DNA of 64,000 nucleotides from Tubiluchus corallicola (Eukaryota; Animalia; Priapulida), in the NCBI GenBank assembly GCA_030141605.1, contig JAQGDQ010000010.1, positions 124,001 through 188,000 of the forward strand, in the 5' to 3' direction. Below, piece by piece: positions 26,340-39,171 of the stretch. Position 1 is the first letter of the stretch. Each line of letters starts with the position of its first letter. The position numbers and the translations under genes are program-made. The notes beneath the pieces were generated by a model. It saw only the letters and a program-made list of their open reading frames with translations. It was not told the origin of the DNA and made no database searches.

Positions 26340-26400
26340 AATACAGTACAGTACAGTACAGTACAGTACAGCACAGCACAGCACAGCACAGTACAGTACA
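26340..26400. repeat. (CAGTA/CAGCA)n pentanucleotide microsatellite
   Basis: Direct read. Confidence 0.9.
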
Positions 26401-26629
26401 TAGTTTTTTACGCGTGTAAAGCTAGTCTAGCATTCGCAGCTACATTTATATGAGTTTGTTTATCATTGCAACCAAAATGTTGAATTACAATGCAGCATAA
26501 AATTTACAAAATGAAAAAAAATATAAAAGTATAAGCAAGGTAGAACATACAGCGACAAGCACTATTGCACAGTTACAAGATAAATGTGCAAGATACATAC
26601 ACTACATGAGTCTAAACTTATGATTGGAA

Positions 26630-29450
26630 ATTAAATAAACTATATGAGATAAACCTGTTCTTGAATACCTCTGAAGTGTATAAGTAAGGGGTACTTCAGA
26701 CGGCGGCAAGTACTATATCTATGAATTTGGGCAACCGGCAATAGAGTGTGGGTTATATCATTAAGAGTATGAATTAATAATATTAACGCCCGACAGCTAA
26801 ATAAAGGTTGAAAATTAGCGACAATTAGAGCGCATACATAGTTTTCATTTGGCAAAATTATTTTCAATGAGCTTTTTTGAATAGTCGCTGAGAAATCAGA
26901 GAGATGAGCGCCTTACCTGACAAGCGTATTCAACAACTGACCTAATCACGGTGCAGTACATTTTTGTCGTATCATTAAGAGATCGATATCCCAGCTCTTT
27001 TTATTAGCTGGAAAAGATAAATTCTTTTACAGGCTTTGGTCCTTATATAAAGTCGGCTTTAGAGACAATAATTTACCTTTAAATTTAATTACATCTTTTT
27101 TTGTTTAGCTAACAACAATTAAGGTAGCTGGATACAAACTTATAAACTTTCAAACCAATTTTTATCATAATAGACCATCTTTTTATTAATGCAATAGTCG
27201 TGCTTATATTCGTGAAAACAAATAAGTAACATAATATCTACATTCTTAAAATGTGACGTGATTAGCAGTTACATTAAAAATGAGCAAGTCTATTATGGAT
27301 AAAACCCTCTAATTGCAATGTCTGTAAATTACTACCTGTAAATATTGTTGTTGATTTGTTGAAGACTATCTAAAGAATATTGAATGTTGATCTGGTTGGA
27401 CCGCACGGTTTCTCTGCGAAATGAACTTTCTTGCTGCACGAGGTGTCCAGAAAAACTCGACAATTGTCTGTTTTTTTTGCAATTCTTTTGCATCATATTC
27501 CTTACGTACTGTATGTGAAACGGACCGGAGAAAGCAATGTATTCCATTTTCGAGAGGAGTGCCGAAGGATTTTTTCCTCGAGGAATTTTGGCTTTAGCGT
27601 GCAATCACGCTGTGTAGATACAGAATTTCCATTTATTTATCAATGCATAATATTTCTCACTGTGTTGTTGGGTAATAAAATAACCTAATTACGGTCTCTA
27701 AGGTTACTCCATGGTAATTGATGTTTTACACTGGGATAATTCGGGATAAATTACATTGAGGAGGTGTCCTTGCCTCCCGAGGACTATATCGCGGAGATTA
27801 TTTGATTTAGGGGGGAAATCGAACGCAGAATCTTGAAATAGCAGCTTCGTCACTGAACAATAATTGGACATTCAAATGGCAGTGTATGATTTGCTTTGGG
27901 CCACTATCAAAGTAAACAAAGTCAAAAAGAGTCCACATTGGCAACAACGCCTAGTGTCAGCAACAATGTTGCACTGATGAGTATGGAAAGGTACACTTCT
28001 GTTTATACTGTTCATTATTATCTAAGTTTTTTGGTGATTGAGCGCCTATAAGATATTGATATTATTTATATAAGTTATTTGTATTTATTTAAAGTGAACT
28101 GATATTTATTTCCTGTTATAGTTAACATGTACGTATGAATCAAACGGCGTGCAAATATACTTCTTTTGATTTTACATGAAGGATTGGTTTATGCTTGTCC
28201 TTCAACATGTAGTTGCTTTTTTTGCATGCGGAAATGCGGACCAGGGTGGATCGGTCAACAAAAATATTGCTCATTGATACACACTTATTTTCCAACAGAT
28301 ATCACTTTTCCTCTAGCTGTGAAATTTCCTTGTAATACTTATATTGCTGATGTTTCTAATTCATTCATATCTTCGGTAGCAAAACACTGAAGTTGTAAAT
28401 ATGTACGCTAATTTGTAGTTAGCCTAACTTGCCAAATAAACGAATCTAATCTAACGTAATCTTAATCCAAATTGTCTGTACAATGTTAAACTATAAAGTC
28501 GGTAAACTAATGGATGTATAGAAAGGGCTTATCTTCAGCAAAAAGACGTATTGAAATCAGTAATAAAAGGTAGCTATATTATTAAAAATGTAGATAAAAA
28601 AGCAGTAGTCTTAGAGTGGATCCTAGTGGTACACCACAGTTTATATCCTGCTTATGAATTTCGTATAAACAATGCCTTTTTGCCCATTTTTTAAGTTTGT
28701 GGAACACGAAAATTCAGAGGATACGAAAGTCAATACATTGAGAGTTTTGTTTTGCGGCACCTTTTGAAGCTGTTCCTCTTTACCCAACTCACGGCTATCT
28801 GTTACGCGTCATTAGTAAAGAATGGCTTTTTAATACCTGCCAAGTGTGGGTAGTGAGCGAAAAGAACATCAATGGCAGCAACGCAGTATCATTTACTTTC
28901 CTCGGCCTCTAATTAACTTTCGAAAAGCCATAGCGGTTCGCTTTTAGTAATTACACCGTGATCTCATTAAGATAGCTTATGAGACGCATAAGACTTTCCT
29001 ACATAAAAGTCTAGCAAAAATCCTCCATATCGATGAATTGGGTAAACGCCTCTGTAGTTTCTTGTAATAGCCGAATGTATACAGTTTCAGGACTGTGTAG
29101 AAAGCATGAATCAGAGGCTAGTTGTGCGCAAGCCAGCCTTAGTTGACGTATTATTGCGCAGCCTCCACATGAAATAACTGTAATGAGGAGAATAATAAGG
29201 TGCGCTAGCTGCATAATCATCAACAAGTAACTGTAGGTTACCTAACAAAAAATGTCTGCAAATAATTAGTACAATGAATGAGAGCGGATTCCTGTCAGCG
29301 GCGGAGATGCGCGTTGAAGGGGGATTTCAGTGTTTCGCAATCCGAAACCTTAACTTTGGGCGAAGCCAACATATTGCTACGATATTGTTGAATTCATGTA
29401 CGTATGATTAATTAATTTGATGCATTAGCTTGCGTTACTAGAGGCGTTAC
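26630..29450 (-). mobile_element. Decayed CR1/L2-group LINE ORF2 (AP-endonuclease and reverse-transcriptase remnants)
   Basis: Minus-strand motifs in the expected order: GGCAI-YV..ETVYIRL (~29165-29070, endonuclease), FFTN (~28815-28830), TKACKRIYLFQL (~27040-27005), MYCTVIRSVVEYACQ (26961-26917), IQKSSLKIILP..Y..AL (~26883-26825); many stops and frameshifts. Confidence 0.7.
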
Positions 29451-30290
29451 TAGTATTGCGCCCTAAGTGTGTAGGCCTACTACACCCTCCTCCAAAACTT
29501 AAGTACAGAACGTCGTGATTGAAAAGCCATGTTCTGTAAAAGTTTGGCCTAGCATTATAGCCCCAAAGTTCATTTGTCACCTGCCATAAATAAACGAAGG
29601 TAAATCCCAGGTGGGAAATAAAGCGGCGTTTTGGATTCTTAGCACGCGTGACTCAGGCAATAATATCTGCGCTCTCCTGGTAATAGTCAGCAAATATTGT
29701 AAGAAAAGTATTTTTATGCTCACTTGCTTATTGTTCTAGGAACTTGGAAAAACGTTAGAAACTTTTAATAGTAATGAGAAACCAGGCGTAGCAGTTTTTT
29801 TGTATTTTGTCCTGTATAATTGATAAGTTATTGTTTGGATGGCACAAACCATGTGTGGCACTGGCACTAGAATTTCCTACATGTTCACATCACTGGATGT
29901 GCCTTGTTGTGCTGCAGCTACAGTACTTTGTTCCAGGCAGAACTCGAGTCGCATTGCTACTACTTTCGTTACGTAACTGGATATTTGCTTTCATTATGGA
30001 AACCGTATTATGAGTCTTGTCCTGCTTTTAGAGAGTTTTGCGACATTCGCTATTTCGTATCTGGAATATGTTTCTTAGCGATTTTGCATTTTCCTGTGTT
30101 GTGTTATTCAAAGTGCATGAACAGTGGTATACTGAAAAGTCATGTTTTCTATTGATTTTTATAATAAAAATTTTTATTAAACAGCTTTTTTCGTGATTAT
30201 GGATAATTTTTCCCTTGCTTTAATCCCCAGGTTTGCATTTATAACTCATTTTTCTGTTCCTTAAACGGTCATTGAAATCACTGTAATAAC

Positions 30291-30388
30291 ATAATAATAA
30301 TAGTAATAGTAATAATAATAATAGTAATAATAATGATGATGATGATGATGATGATGACGGCGGCGGCGACGACGACGATGATGATGAT
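30291..30388. repeat. Compound (AAT)/(GAT)/(GAC/GGC) microsatellite, probably the SINE tail
   Basis: Direct read. Confidence 0.9.
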
Positions 30389-30389
30389 C

Positions 30390-30625
30390 TTTGTTTAAAG
30401 TCAGCTTTTAGATGAACAATTAACAAACTCCAAAGAGCTTTTGGACCGACTGTAAATAACAATCTACAACTACATAACAGAGACTTATTGTTACCTCACT
30501 TTTACCCTAAATACCATGCGCCAGTAGGGCAACAGCAGCTACCATTTTTAAGGGCTTTGATATTACCCGGCCGCAGTATCGAACTCACGACCTCCCAGAT
30601 GGAAAGCGGACGCTAGACCAAACCG
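30390..30625 (-). mobile_element. tRNA-derived SINE with a Meta-like central domain and (ATC/ATT)n tail
   Basis: Reverse complement: CGCTTTCCATCTGGGAGGTCGTGAGTTCGATACT..CCGGGTAATATCAAAGCCCTTAAAAATGGTAGCTGCTG; abuts the microsatellite at 30291-30388. Confidence 0.7.
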
Positions 30626-31854
30626 TTTTTAATCGATTATATAATTTCGGTTTACATACTGCATTCCCCTGAGGTGACCTCTCCGTCAGACCCGTAAACC
30701 GAAAAGGGCTGCTAGGCAATAGCTGCAGTGGTGTGTGCATTAAGACATCATGTATTGGGTTATTACAATTGACGCGATCCATTAGGCTACTATTACTACG
30801 ATTACAGTTACTATTGACTGAGTTTCACCGTTCACCTATTAATGCTACTATTGTAGGTCAGAAATGCTTATTTAACAGAAAGCATGTCTAAAGAAAAATG
30901 ATTACGCGCAGATAGGAATCTTTTATATGGCTGTAAACGTTACACACTATTAGTTTCATTCATTTTTATTCATGTATTCGTTCATTCATTTACTGGTCGA
31001 TTTATCAGAATTCATTATCGTGTAATTCTGCTTACCCCTTTCTTCTGTTGGATCGAATATCCACTTTGTTTAAACTTGTTTTTATATGTTTGTTTACTCT
31101 AACACTTGCGATACCTTTCAGGAATTGCTTTTGGCGTATTAGATCTGTAGGAGATTACTCAAAACAATTTATACTGATCTTATATTTCTATTTTCTGATT
31201 TGTTTTGGAGCTTAAATTTCAAAAAAAAACTTAAAGAAAAGTTTTTAGCATGTGATCAATTACGGAAATTAACTCGAAGAAATGCCTGGTGCCAAGACTG
31301 AGCGAGCCTGGTATATTGTTATCTACTGCAACGTCTTTTCTGCTGTACATGAAAGACAAAAGGCAAGGTCGTATAAAATAAAAAGAGAATGACCGTCGCT
31401 AATGTCACCAAACCTGGTAGGCTGTCATTTTCCTAACTTTCTTGAAAATGGCTGCAAAGGGTCAAAGGTAATTGTCTCACGAAGGTGACGCTGATAACAC
31501 CAAGCCAATGGGAGCCCATTACTATTATACTGCTCTCGACTTGTGTAGATAGCAGCGTTAAGGCTACTGAGTGTTAAAACAAAAAAAGTTTACAAAATAC
31601 TACAATTTCAGCAACGAAATGTAAACATGCATTGCGAACTCAAACAGCATCTTCACACAATTTATAAAACGATTTTCAGAAAATGCGACGATATTACGGT
31701 TTGTATACAATACAAGTTATGTAGATGAACATTGTTAGTATCTAGATTATGGTATAAAACGAGAGTATCATTCCAAAATCTCCCCCTTCCAAAGATCTAA
31801 ATAGTATTACATTTACGACGAAGAATAAGAAAGTGAAATGCCGAAACTCAAGGA

Positions 31855-34315
31855 TTAAAGCCATCGAGAGTAGGTGTCTACTGAGGGAGGGTCTCGTTTT
31901 ATCTGCTCTAGCACATCCGTCTGAGGGACTGTCTCGTCTCCTTCCAACCATTCATTCCATCTGTAGAAAATGCCAAGCTAATATGTATCACACAAATACA
32001 AAAATTTTGAAATTGTGTTTCTTTGAAATTTGCTCTTTGACTTCGTTCTAATAACTTCGTCCGCCGCCGAAGTTGGGTATCTGTATACTGTCTATGACAG
32101 TTAAATAGCTGTATCTCGCCTACTCACTTAAATGCAATTGAGATTGCTTGATGCCGTTGTAACTGATAGAATAAGTGTATTATCATGTTTTCTTGGAGGA
32201 TACAACATGAAGCTTTGTTGTTCATCCTAAGCATGGCTCCAGCCTTTTAAAGCATTGAGTGTAGGAGTATTTTTGAATCGTGCAGTATCAACAATCATGA
32301 TGTTAATAATCACAGTTTTACAGCAATGTTTAACGACTGTCCGAAATTGAATGGATATTATCGTAGCAATTGTCTCAAAATATTGTTCTTTTTAATTTCT
32401 TCTTACGTACGTTAAATTAAGTGAAATGTGTTGCCTCGCGATGCAGCACTTCAACACCCGATACCTTCATTATGTTGGCAGAATCGTTTTACAGGAGAAG
32501 ACTACCTGTGCATTTAAATTTAGTAGTTGTCCTCTTTGTGTCTTCTTTTTTCCGAGATTGGTGCAAGCTGTTGACCTTCACCAACATTACCAGGTGTCGC
32601 ATTCCAATAATCGACCTCGAATAAAGCCTTGTCTTCCAATTTATCCCTTAGTTATCTGTAACTTCTTCAATATACATGTATGTAGTGCATTTGTTTCGAA
32701 ATTTTTTAAACATGCAGTTGCTTTTTCAGGCAGTTGAATTAATAAATTTGATTCGGCTGTGAACCTTAGAAAAAATGAAAAAGTAAAAGGGTCGCTACTA
32801 TCACAATCATATTGTACTACCCAATATAGTTTTTAAGTATCTTATGACAGTACGACTAATTTCCTGTAAGATTATCGATCTGACTCTCAGTGTAATTGTA
32901 CTAAATCTATTTGTTTTTGGGCGCATTGTCACCTGATGCAATAGAGGCCGGCAAGATCATTATAATCAATCAGAACTACAGAGAGGCAGCTGGTTTGTCT
33001 TGTAGGTTTATGCATTGCTAACGCAACCACGTCGTGACCAAGTATTATGGCCTTTTAATGGCAGTTCTAAAGAATCGAGTAACGACTTGCGAATTCCCAA
33101 GTAGCACGTTTGTGGCATCAAAATATTCGGTTTGCTAGAGTTTGAGTTACCATATTTGGGCACACATGAGTAAAAAGGGCAATTTAATAGGTTACTGGTG
33201 CGTTTGCATGTAATAGCTTGGGAGGTTTAAAGCGAGAGTTTTTCAGTAACTTGAATTTGTTAGCTCGAAATACGCAAATGCAGTTCACGTGATAGGCTGT
33301 AAAATCGTTCGAATTCCCATGATAGGATGACTGCTTTCAAAATTGAAACCACGAAAGCATCGGAAAAACAGACAAACAAATAAACGACCAAATAAATCCG
33401 GAAAGCCAGTTGGTGAGCAGCTGGTAGCATCCGCAAATCTGAAAATAAGCCAAATATAAACCTTCTCAAATGTAAATAAACTATTATTTTTATTATTATT
33501 TTGCTGTAATTGCCAAGTGCTACAGAAGTGTCATTCATTTGAATGAATGAGCTGCACCAGGCTTTCATGTAAGGTTGACCATTGGCCAACGGCTATTTAT
33601 CTCTGCTTATCTAGTTTCCTATTTATAACAAAATAATACCACATCAGCAATGTTTTATCTGTATCTGAAATTGTTGTTTCGGTAAATTAATCGTTTTCAA
33701 GTAGGTTAAAACTTGATTGTGCAATACTTTCTCAAGTATTTTAGGTAAGCCCTGGACAACAGAAACGGAATGAGGCTACAATTTGTTAGTTCGTCCATAG
33801 GGCCGCCTGACTTTCAAATAGCTATAATCTATTCTCTACGTTAGCTACGTCGTACATAAATTTGCCTAAAAGTTGACTTATTATAAGTACATTTTTCACG
33901 TTTGAGGAAGACTGTGCACCAGAATTTAGATCTCATTTGAAGCCTCCAAAATACTCGTAAATACAGGAAATGCGTTGGTGGCCGGGATCTGCCCCGTACC
34001 CCGCTGGGGAAGCTTACAGCGCTCCCCCTGACCCCCTGATTGTATGCATTGTTCCCCGACCCACTGCACGCCTGTGAAATAAGGGAAAGTCAAGTTCATT
34101 TTTTTCTCAAATTCTCACGAGAGATTCGCTTTGGAAACTATGTTCACCACGTTTTTAATGGCCTATATAAGCCCAACTGATGTTGAAGTTTTTATCTCAT
34201 TATACTGGTTATACAAAGAATTCATGGCTGTTATTAAAGAAAAGAGACTTATAAGTTAAATAACTTACCTTTTTCTGGCGAATGTCGAACGCGTGTATTG
34301 CCCAAACATCGACAT
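31855..34315 (-). CDS. Candidate 2-exon gene for an uncharacterised 50-aa microprotein (MSMFGQYTRSTFARKRWNEWLEGDETVPQTDVLEQIKRDPPSVDTYSRWL)
   Basis: Exon 34315-34269 has AAAC-ATG start context and a consensus AAG|GTAAGT donor (phase 2). Exon 31960-31855 has a cattttctacag acceptor and stays open to TAA. Both segments are GC-richer than their flanks. No homologue recognised. Confidence 0.5.
32430..32670 (-). mobile_element. Possible CR1-type LINE 3' remnant
   Basis: Minus-strand FIRGRLLE..VKVN..TQRGQLLNL resembles CR1 RRxRGDLIE..TRGHxLKL; highly degraded. Confidence 0.3.
33900..34075. mobile_element. Fragment of a GC-rich non-autonomous DNA element
   Basis: GCCCCGTACCCCGCTGGGGAAGCTTACAGCGCTCCCCCTGACCCCCT ending CACGCCTG; recalled as a motif frequent in annelid genomes (not searched). 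Confidence 0.55.
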
Positions 34316-36228
34316 GTTTCGCGTTTTGGCACGAGTGAGCGTGAATGACGTTCGAGGTACAGAAAGCGTCTTTGGTTACCGATCTTTGTTTACCAATCTT
34401 TGATGACCTCGTGATTGTACTCATATCGTCATTCGTCTGGCGCAACGAAAAATTCCGGTTCTTCAAATTTAATACCGTTAACAATAAGGTGATAAAAAGT
34501 CACAAGTTTTATATTAAGTTTATAATAAAATAAATTGAATATTCGTAATGAAAGTAGGATTTTAAGTTGTAAAAGCGTATTGTTATAATGAAAGTTTAAT
34601 TTGACTTTTATGAACGTGTACCTTTTTGGTACGTTTTCTTCTTGTAGTGTGCGCACATACACACTCGCTAAGGCCTAGATTTACTAATTTATTGCCACTC
34701 TGTATGATAATAGTGTGTATTGAACCGCCTTGTTAAACGAGAATCGCTCTAAATGAAGCCATGTTTCTACCGTGACACGTCAGTTGTGGCTTTACTGTTT
34801 GGTGCTCCTCGCATCGCGGTTTCTATGGTTGGCAGTAAAATCTAAATTAGCCACGTTAATTATTTATAGGCGAATGTTGTTAAATGATCAATTATTAAAA
34901 CGCAAATCATCGTTAAATCATTACTTTGAGGAATCCGCTGTTTACCAGAGCGTGTCAGCGTTTGCAAAAACAAAATGTCTTTTACAATAGATTTAACATG
35001 AAACTGTAGCGTATTTTTATCGCGTTCGCTAATACTTGTTACTGTTTTTGCTGTTTTACTGTGCTTGCTACTCTTGTTGTTGTTGTTTATTGGCCATAAA
35101 ATTAATATTTACAATTTTTAACGCGGATAGCAGAATTTAAACATTTCGTAGTCTGAAATTTTCTGCTTTTCAGAAAACAGCAACATTATACAAAGGTTAA
35201 AAACAGATCACAATAACAAATTTTGCTGTCGTCGTTTCCGACTGCTGCTGCGTTCACTGTCGCTGTTGCAAATACGCTTACTGCCGCTTTTATTGTTTTT
35301 GCATGCTAATTGTAGCCAAAATGTTGGTAGTGATAATATCCACTAATTTTATGTTTTATTTTTTTTAAAGTTTTTTTGTAGCTATCCCTTAGAGAGAAAA
35401 CTAGAAAAAAATTCACGGCTCACTGTTTGAAAGGTGCTCACTGCACAAAGTTCTTTTGCACGCGTAAAGGATATGTAGACTTACTGACGAATTCGTTCTA
35501 CGTTTGGCAGTGCTAAAAACTAACGAAAAAATTGAATACCAGTATGCATTTGAATTGAAAATTTGAATACAGAGGCATTTTTTGCCATCTCAAGTACTCA
35601 CAGCCAGGAAATGAACCCAAAATTGTATGCACGTTGTCAATACTTTCGCAGTCCTATTTCTCTAAGCTGAAACGTATTTTAAACTTCAGTTCGGAAAACT
35701 TGCTTGTCATCTACTACTTTGTAACATAAATCGCGATTTACGATTACAATAAAGCTTTTGTGCACTGTGTCCAGTAACATTAATACGACTGTGATCACTG
35801 CATCGGAAAAATTATCTTACCAGTATTAATGGCTGTAGACTGGGCAGGGGCACTAAATTGTCATTTGGTTCCTGTTGTAATTGTTACAAATCTTTAATAA
35901 ATTTTTGAAAACAATAATGGACATGAAACAGGCTAATATATTTTCAGTGCTCATGATCTTTGGATTTAAATCTTCATAATATTAGTATTATTATTCTATA
36001 ATTATTATAGGTTTTACTCGTGACTTTTACCGTTTCTCTTTGCACGAACATAGTTTTTGCTGTTTCCAGTCCAGACTAGAATTCTAGGTTTATGCAAGTA
36101 TGTTTGTGCCATTTATGTATGGATATTGTCTCGTTACTCACGTTCATAGAAGTTTACCTGCTAAACATTTATTCCAGCATTAAACATACGGACTGTGGGC
36201 GTGTGGGCTTTTATTATAGGTTTTACAC

Positions 36229-36380
36229 GTCAAATGTAGACACAGGAAAGTTCAAATGTGACTTAGGTAAGTCAAATGTAAACAAGAATTTCAAATGTGT
36301 TTTGGTAATTCAAACGTGATTTAGGTAAGTCAAATGTAGACATAGGAATTTCGAAAGTGTTTTGGTGTCTCAAATGTAGA
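36229..36380. repeat. ~20 bp TCAAATGT-based minisatellite
   Basis: About 8 units beginning TCAAATGT/TCAAACGT, with TTAGGTAAG repeated at higher order. Confidence 0.75.
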
Positions 36381-36929
36381 TGCGGCACTTTGAATAAATC
36401 GGTAATTAACTCATTTAACTGCAAATTACAAAAAGATAAACCAAATTAAAATTATATTTTATGGTCATGGTGCTATCGGCAACATAAACTTTTATTATAT
36501 TTAATTAATTTGCAGCTATATGTATGGACGTTAATACATTTTTCTAATGTAAAGAAGATATTTATTTGATAAGAACACTTAAAAGTGTTGTACATACATA
36601 ACAATTATACAGTTATTAATACACCAATTCTACATTTTATTTGTCAACGTTTTAGAAATATTTCTTGAATAATTAATCAAATCTGCAAAATTAAAATTGT
36701 AAACAATGCTCAAGAGCTGCATTTTAAAAATATAGTAACCCTGAGTTATGATAAGCCTTATCATTAGTTTTACAAAACTTACGCAAAATGAACAATTAAT
36801 AAACAATAAACATGAATAATGATCTCTACATATGCGCTTTGGTATAGATTTGTGCATTAAGACTGAAGCCTGTGACTGGGCTATTTTATGCCTTATGATT
36901 GTAGAAGTGATTGATAAAAATTTAATTTT

Positions 36930-37075
36930 GATAGTCACTCCAGACACGTAGGAGATTTCTGGCCTCGCAGGTTTGACATCAGAAACTTGCTTCAAAATGT
37001 TTTCAATCCAGACTCTTCGTATATTGCGTCCTGGATTACTCTCTTTTTCTCCACTAAATATTGTTTTTCGATACC
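36930..37075 (-). mobile_element. Possible RTE-clade LINE 3' end remnant
   Basis: KTIFSGEKESNPGRNIRRVWIENI resembles the RTE C-terminal motif ILxGxxxGKRxRGRPRRRWxDNI. Confidence 0.4.
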
Positions 37076-37139
37076 TGGATATTGTTTTTGGAACCTGGAA
37101 AAAAGTTACAATTCCCCACACCATTTATATACCCAAACT

Positions 37140-37218
37140 CTAACCGTAACCGTAACCGTAACCCTAACGCTAACCCCAACCCTAACCCTAACCTTAATCT
37201 CAACCCCTATCCTAATCC
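37140..37218. repeat. Degenerate (TAACCC)n telomere-like tract
   Basis: TAACCG x3 followed by TAACCC and variants, ~13 units. Confidence 0.85.
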
Positions 37219-37313
37219 GCTTCACGAACTTATTTCTTGTGTGTCGGCAATTGTAAACTTTAGCCGTTTGGAACTTCCACAAAACATGCATGAATTATTC
37301 TGTTCTTGAAGAG

Positions 37314-37391
37314 GGCCCGGTTTCCCAAAGCCGTCACTAACTTAACGACGCCTTTCTTAATAACTTAGTGACAGCTTTGTGAAACAGGGCC
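37314..37391. mobile_element. 78-bp hairpin mini-MITE with GGCCC termini (PIF/Harbinger-like)
   Basis: GGCCCGGTTTCCCAAAGCCGTCACTAA pairs with TTAGTGACAGCTTTGTGAAACAGGGCC (24 of 27 positions complementary). Confidence 0.7.
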
Positions 37392-38765
37392 TTGTTTCAT
37401 TTCTTGTTGGCAGTGGGTTGTACTTAGTAAATGTTGTTTCTGACAGCATTCAGCCGATATTAGATTTTTAGATTATATTAGTTTATTTCAGCATAAAAGT
37501 CATGCTAAAACCATTACATCACACTATAATAAAATACCACAATAAAAGTTACATTAAAAATACTACTATATACTTTCAGTAAATAAGTAAATTGGCAGCT
37601 GATGATTGTTATTTACAAACACACAGTTGTTCCACAACTCAAAATAACAAGATTGTAACAACATCTGAAAGTAATAAGATTTTGTACGCAGTTGACATTT
37701 GTTGTTCGCAAGTTTTAGTAATTCTTATATGTGCCATCACCATGAATGTGTCACGTTAGGCTATCAGTGGTCGCGCCTTTTGTGATCATGGGATCATCCA
37801 CTACTCTAGCAAGCTTCAGATGGTTTTTGCTCCAAACAGGTCTTGTAAATATTCGGCTTTGAATCGTCTCGTTTTCTCGTGACCGTGGTTGATCCCTGAG
37901 AAGTGGATATGCATTGCTAGCTGTTTCCTGAAACGGTGGTAAATGAATTGTGCAAAACTTTTGATATCAGTTCTTGATCATTATGGTTTTAAAATTTTCA
38001 TGCTTAGTAGATTGTCAGCGGCGAGTTCGCGTTAAATACGTGAAGAAGCCGTACCCAGCAGTACAAGTTTTTAATCGTTAATTGCGCTGTAAACCGCTTG
38101 GATAAGAACAGCTACTTAATTAGAATTTTCTTTAATGACATCGTCGTAATTTTATTGTAATAAAACGACGTTAACTACGTTAATTTTCTTTAACACTTGC
38201 GTGGCTCTAAAATACTAGCTCTCGTCAAGTTACCTCACATTATATTGAAAAGAAGGGCAAAAACGAAAAACCGTCAGCGTACAAAAAACGCTATCCTATG
38301 TACAGCGTCTAAAATAAACAGGTTAATTTATCGTAACAATTATATGCATATGTTCAAAATAGTTAATCAGAGATTGTTTTAAAATCAGGGCAAACGGACA
38401 AACTAGTATTAAAATAGTATTATTATTGTCTACACGTTTGATTATTGTTATGTTTGTTGTGTTAGTCTAACATTTAATTGTTTTTTGTGTCAATTACGTA
38501 TATTATACATCAAATTATGATGTTGTAATTTATGTAACCTGTTTTATTGTAATCTTTTACAATAATTGTAATTTATTTGTGACTGTTAATTGTTGACACA
38601 ATAAATTAAATTAATTTAAATTACAGTATTAATTACCAATAATTTCCCAAAACGATATCCTACAGGCCTGAAAACTTATGTACACATGGCATGGCGTTCT
38701 TTGTGAATTTCGCATTAGCTGTAGCTCAAAGTATTCTGTAGGCTTTCTGCACAGTCTACTATATA

Positions 38766-39171
38766 CAGGGCCGGATTATCACCTATTGGGGCCCCTAGGT
38801 TAATGAAATTAGGGGGCTCCCTGATTTACTTGCGGTCGTCGTGTATATTTTTTACTTGTGATATATTTCAGCAACTTTTGCATAGCTGAAGGGTCCATAT
38901 TTCAAATAAAGGGCTTCTAAGAGGGGCCTTTATCTCAAGTAAATGGCCTCAAACAATGACCTCTTCTCTCTAATAAAATGCTTCACACAGAGATCCTTTA
39001 TCTCAAATGTGAAGCCATTGAAATTGGATGTTCAGACCTCCTGGCTTCCTTTTCAAAGTTGAAATTTTATTTTAAGTTATATAAATTATTCAGCAATGTG
39101 AAATATGGGCACACGAAGCTTGAGGGCCCTAGGATATAGCGTTTTCTAGCCTGTTGAGTAATCCAGCCTTG
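38766..39171 (+). mobile_element. MITE with CAGGGCCGGATTA...TAATCCAGCCTTG TIRs (hAT-like termini)
   Basis: 13-bp imperfect TIRs; internal homology to the inverted copy at 62040-62490. Confidence 0.8.

Noticed and set aside
26917-27007. Minus-strand segment with good splice donor and acceptor
   Set aside because: All three frames contain stops; the sequence is LINE reverse-transcriptase remnant.
29011-29226. ORF with a signal-peptide-like start (MQLAHLIILLITVISCGGCA)
   Set aside because: Better explained as the GGxAIYV..ExxxIRL endonuclease region of the decayed minus-strand LINE.
34209-34484. 91-aa minus-strand ORF (MSTITRSS... frame)
   Set aside because: Weaker start context, and splicing it to the 31960 exon terminates after two codons; the overlapping AAAC-ATG frame is preferred.
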